A program made the translations under genes and the position numbers. Shown here piece by piece: positions 61,235 through 64,000 of a DNA stretch of 64,000 bases; the first letter of the stretch is position 1; every line of letters begins with the position of its first letter. The DNA comes from Mobula hypostoma (Eukaryota), in NCBI RefSeq assembly GCF_963921235.1, contig NC_086118.1, forward strand, positions 23,872,001 through 23,936,000, read 5' to 3'. A model generated the notes under the pieces. It was not told the DNA's origin, made no database searches, and saw nothing but the letters and a program-made list of their open reading frames with translations.

Positions 61235-62291
61235 AATTCTGGCCCACCCATTACTAAAGAAGAAACAACTAAAGCAATTAAAAGCATGAAACATGGTAAA
61301 GGAACTGGACCTGATGAAATTCCAGTGGAAATGATAGAAACCCTAGAAGATCTGGGCATAGATATTCTTTTTGAATTGTTTAATGGCATATATGAGTCTG
61401 GTGTATTGCTTGACAATCTCTTGAATTCAGTATTTATAACTCTGCCAAAAATTCCTGGAACTATTGACTGCAAATATTGACTGCACAATCAGTCTTATGG
61501 GTCACATAATAAAGATTTTGTTGAGAATTGTTCTGAGTCAAATTAAAACAAGTTAAGACCAGAAACTTCTAAACTGCAATATGGGTTTATAGAGGATAGA
61601 GGAACTAGGAATGCGTTTTCATACTATGAATGCTTTCAGAAAGGGCAATTGAATATCAAAATGATGTCTTTTTATGTTTTATAGATTTCACTAAAGCTTT
61701 CGACAAAGTGCAACATGAAAAATTATTTCGAATTCTCGCTAAACTAAACATTGACGGCAGGGACCAACAACTGCTTCAAAATTTATATTTGGAACCAGAC
61801 GGCGGCGGTGAAAATTGATGATAATATAAGCAGTTGGACTAAAATTCAAAGAGGAGTTAGACAGGGATGCGTTGCCTCACCAGAATTATTTAATATCTTA
61901 GTGAAATGATTCTCAGAGAAGTAGAAGACCTAGATGGGATAAAAATTGGAAGTGTTAACATCAAAAATATAAGATATTCAGACGATACCACCCTAACAGC
62001 AAGTGCTGCAGAAGATCTACAAATTCTCCTAAACAAGGTAGTACAAACAAGTGCAGATTTTGTTCTAACCATCAACTGTAAAAAAAACCAAATGTATGGT
62101 AATATCAAATCAGCAGGATACTCCCAACTGCCAATTATATGTCGGTAACCAAGAGATTGAACAAAAGACCAGCTTTAATTACCTTGGTGGCTTTATATCA
62201 CAAGATGCTAGAAGTAAAGTAGAAATAAAAAGAAGAATTGCCATTGCCAAAACCAACTTCCCAAAAATGAAACCCATTTTTACCAACAGAC
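61235..62291 (+). mobile_element. RTE-clade LINE RT fragment, interrupted by an LTR at 62292
   Basis: KGTGPDEIPVEMI..VFITLPK; ERAIEYQNDVFLCFIDFTKAFDKVQH; GVRQGC..SPELFN; NIRYSDDTTL; FNYLGGFISQD..EIKRRIAIAK; frameshifts and stops. Confidence 0.93.
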
Positions 62292-62760
62292 TGTCATGGT
62301 CTGGTCCGTGAAGTCCGTATTCCAGTTCACGGTCCGGTCTGTGGACTCAGGACTCCAGGTCTTCCTGCTGTCCCTCGTTTGTTTGAGTTAATCATAGGCA
62401 CATGATTCCCATCTTTGGGCTTGGAATATAAGTAGCCTTGGGGGGTGAGTGTGGGCTGCTGGTTTGTCTTGTCAGTCCTCCTTGGAGCAACCTGCTGATG
62501 GAAGGATAGTGAAATCATTTGTGATCTCTAGGCCTGGTTGGAGGACCACTGCTTCATGGAGCCTTGTTGCCACTCGTTGGAATAGTCTTTGCGGTATGGA
62601 TTCGGCTGTTTCCCGGGCCAGCTGAGTGGCTGTCAGCCACTCTGAGCTAGGTGGGGATCCGGCTGTTTCTGTAGCCAGTGGAGGTTGCTGGCTGTAACGG
62701 TGACTCTGAGCAACCCCAAAGCAGAGATGGAACTGCCTGTCATTCTTTGGTGTTTGTCTC

Positions 62761-63010
62761 TTGTCCTCGCCTCTGTGGGGTGAGTCAGGCTGTCTTGCCG
62801 TTGCCCTGTGCGGGGATCTGTATTGTCTTGTCCTCACCTCTGTGGGGTAAGTCAGTCTGTCTTGCCATTGCCCTGTGGGGGGATCTGTATTGTCTTGTCC
62901 TCACCTATGTGGGGTAAATCAGGCTGTTCTGCTGATGCCCTGTGGGGGGGACATGTCTTGTCTTGTCTTGTCTTTGTCTCTGTTGGGTAAGTCTGGCTGT
63001 TCTGCTGTTA
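62761..63010 (+). repeat. ~3.5 degenerate copies of a 67-bp tandem repeat inside the LTR
   Basis: Units start at 62761, 62828 and 62895 (ttgtcctc.cctctgtggggt.agtcag.ctgt..). Confidence 0.85.
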
Positions 63011-63236
63011 CCCAACAGGTGGACCTGCCCCACCTTGGTGTGGAGAGGTTGAGTCCTGGCTTGTCTAAGTATAAATCCTGGATCTATGTCTATGTACTGT
63101 CCTGTCTCATGTTGGTGTCGTGTTAACGGTGAATCCCAGCTTATCGAAGGACAAGTGCCGGCTCTACGTTGATGTTCAGTTCTCAGTCAGTCTCTCAGCT
63201 CTAGCCTCCAAGTTATCAGCCTCCGCATTTCAAAAC

Positions 63237-63531
63237 GAAGATCCTGCAGCCAAGCTCCAAGAACCCAAGCCTTGAAGATCCTGCAGCCAAGCTCCAAGAA
63301 CCCAAGCCTTGAAGATCCTGCAGCCAAGCTCCAAGAACCCAAGCCTTGAAGATCCTGCAGCCAAGCTCCAAGAACCCAAGCCTTGAAGATCCTGCAGCCA
63401 AGCTCCAAGAACCCAAGTCTTGAAGATCCCGCAGCCAAGCTCCAAGAACCCAAGCCTTGAAGATCCTGCAGCCAAGCTCCAAGAACCCAAGCCTTGAAGA
63501 TCCTGCAGCCAAGCTCCAAGAACCCAAGCCT
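63237..63531 (+). repeat. 37-bp minisatellite, ~8 copies; resumes at 63906-64000
   Basis: Unit gaagatcctgcagccaagctccaagaacccaagcctt; no spacers. Confidence 0.97.
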
Positions 63532-63905
63532 GGCTGCAGGATCTTCAAGGCTTGGGTTCTTGGAGCTTGGCTGCAGGATCTTCAAGGCTTGGGTTCTTGG
63601 AGCTTGGCTGCAGGATCTTCAAGGCTTGGGTTCTTGGAGCTTGGCTGCAGGATCTTCGTTTTGAAATGCGGAGGCTGATAACTTGGAGGCTAGAGCTGAG
63701 AGACTGACTGAGAACTGAACATCAACGTAGAGCCGGCACTTGTCCTTCGATAAGCTGGGATTCACCGTTAACACGACACCAACATGAGACAGGACAGTAC
63801 ATAGACATAGATCCAGGATTTATACTTAGACAAGCCAGGACTCAACCTCTCCACACCAAGGTGGGGCAGGTCCACCTGTTGGGTAACAGCAGAACAGCCA
63901 GACTT
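63531..63905 (-). repeat. 375-bp inverted duplication of 62989-63363
   Basis: Reverse complement with no mismatch that I can find; the same peptide appears in ORFs 62875-63126(+) and 63768-63974(-). Confidence 0.95.
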
Positions 63906-64000
63906 GAAGATCCTGCAGCCAAGCTCAAGGAACCCAAGCCTTGAAGATCCTGCAGCCAAGCTCAAGGATCCCAAGCCTTGAAGATCCTGCAGCCAAGCTC

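Larger units (their letters stand above)
62292..64000 (+). mobile_element. Long Gypsy-type LTR related to the 29-kb miniature element; runs off the window end
   Basis: Starts TGTCATGGTCTGGTCCGTGAAGTCCGTATTCCAGTTCACGGTCCGGT, nearly identical to the first ~47 bp of the 29028 and 29385 LTRs; interrupts the RTE ORF; TATAA at 62427-62431; internal tandem repeats. Confidence 0.8.

Noticed and set aside
63187..63678. Repetitive ORFs (LGFLELGCRIFKAWVLGAWLQDLQ..) as a repeat protein
   Set aside because: They are a by-product of a stop-free 37-bp unit read through all three frames
63237..64000. 37-bp repeats as a CRISPR array
   Set aside because: Units are head-to-tail with no unique spacers, there are no cas genes, and the context is a eukaryotic LTR

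Overview
This is AT-rich, repeat-dense eukaryotic DNA with no host protein-coding gene, rRNA or tRNA gene that I can recognise, so it is probably intergenic or deep intronic. The repeat set (CR1, Rex1/Babar-like, L1, RTE and Penelope-like retroelements, V-domain and Deu-domain SINEs, Tc1 and pogo/Tigger-like DNA transposons, Gypsy-type LTRs) resembles that of a cartilaginous fish, probably a ray. That assignment is an inference from recalled family motifs, not a search result. Every ORF I can assign to a family is a decayed TE fragment. The most notable structures are: (1) a 537-bp non-coding miniature LTR element (TRIM-like) at 29028-29564 with 180-bp LTRs, a 5-bp TSD and a PPT but no tRNA-type PBS, plus a related long LTR starting at 62292; (2) Penelope-derived sequences carrying minimal hammerhead-ribozyme motifs, namely an RT-bearing relic with inverted ends and two short fold-back copies that each have a ~13-bp TSD; (3) an apparently perfect 375-bp inverted duplication inside a 37-bp tandem array at the right end; (4) several non-autonomous retroelements (an RT-less L1, an internally deleted Rex1, a SINE with an RTE-type tail, and a four-copy non-coding family with a conserved 3' stem-loop); (5) short, locally templated insertions. 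Boundaries of old repeats are approximate, to within tens of bp.
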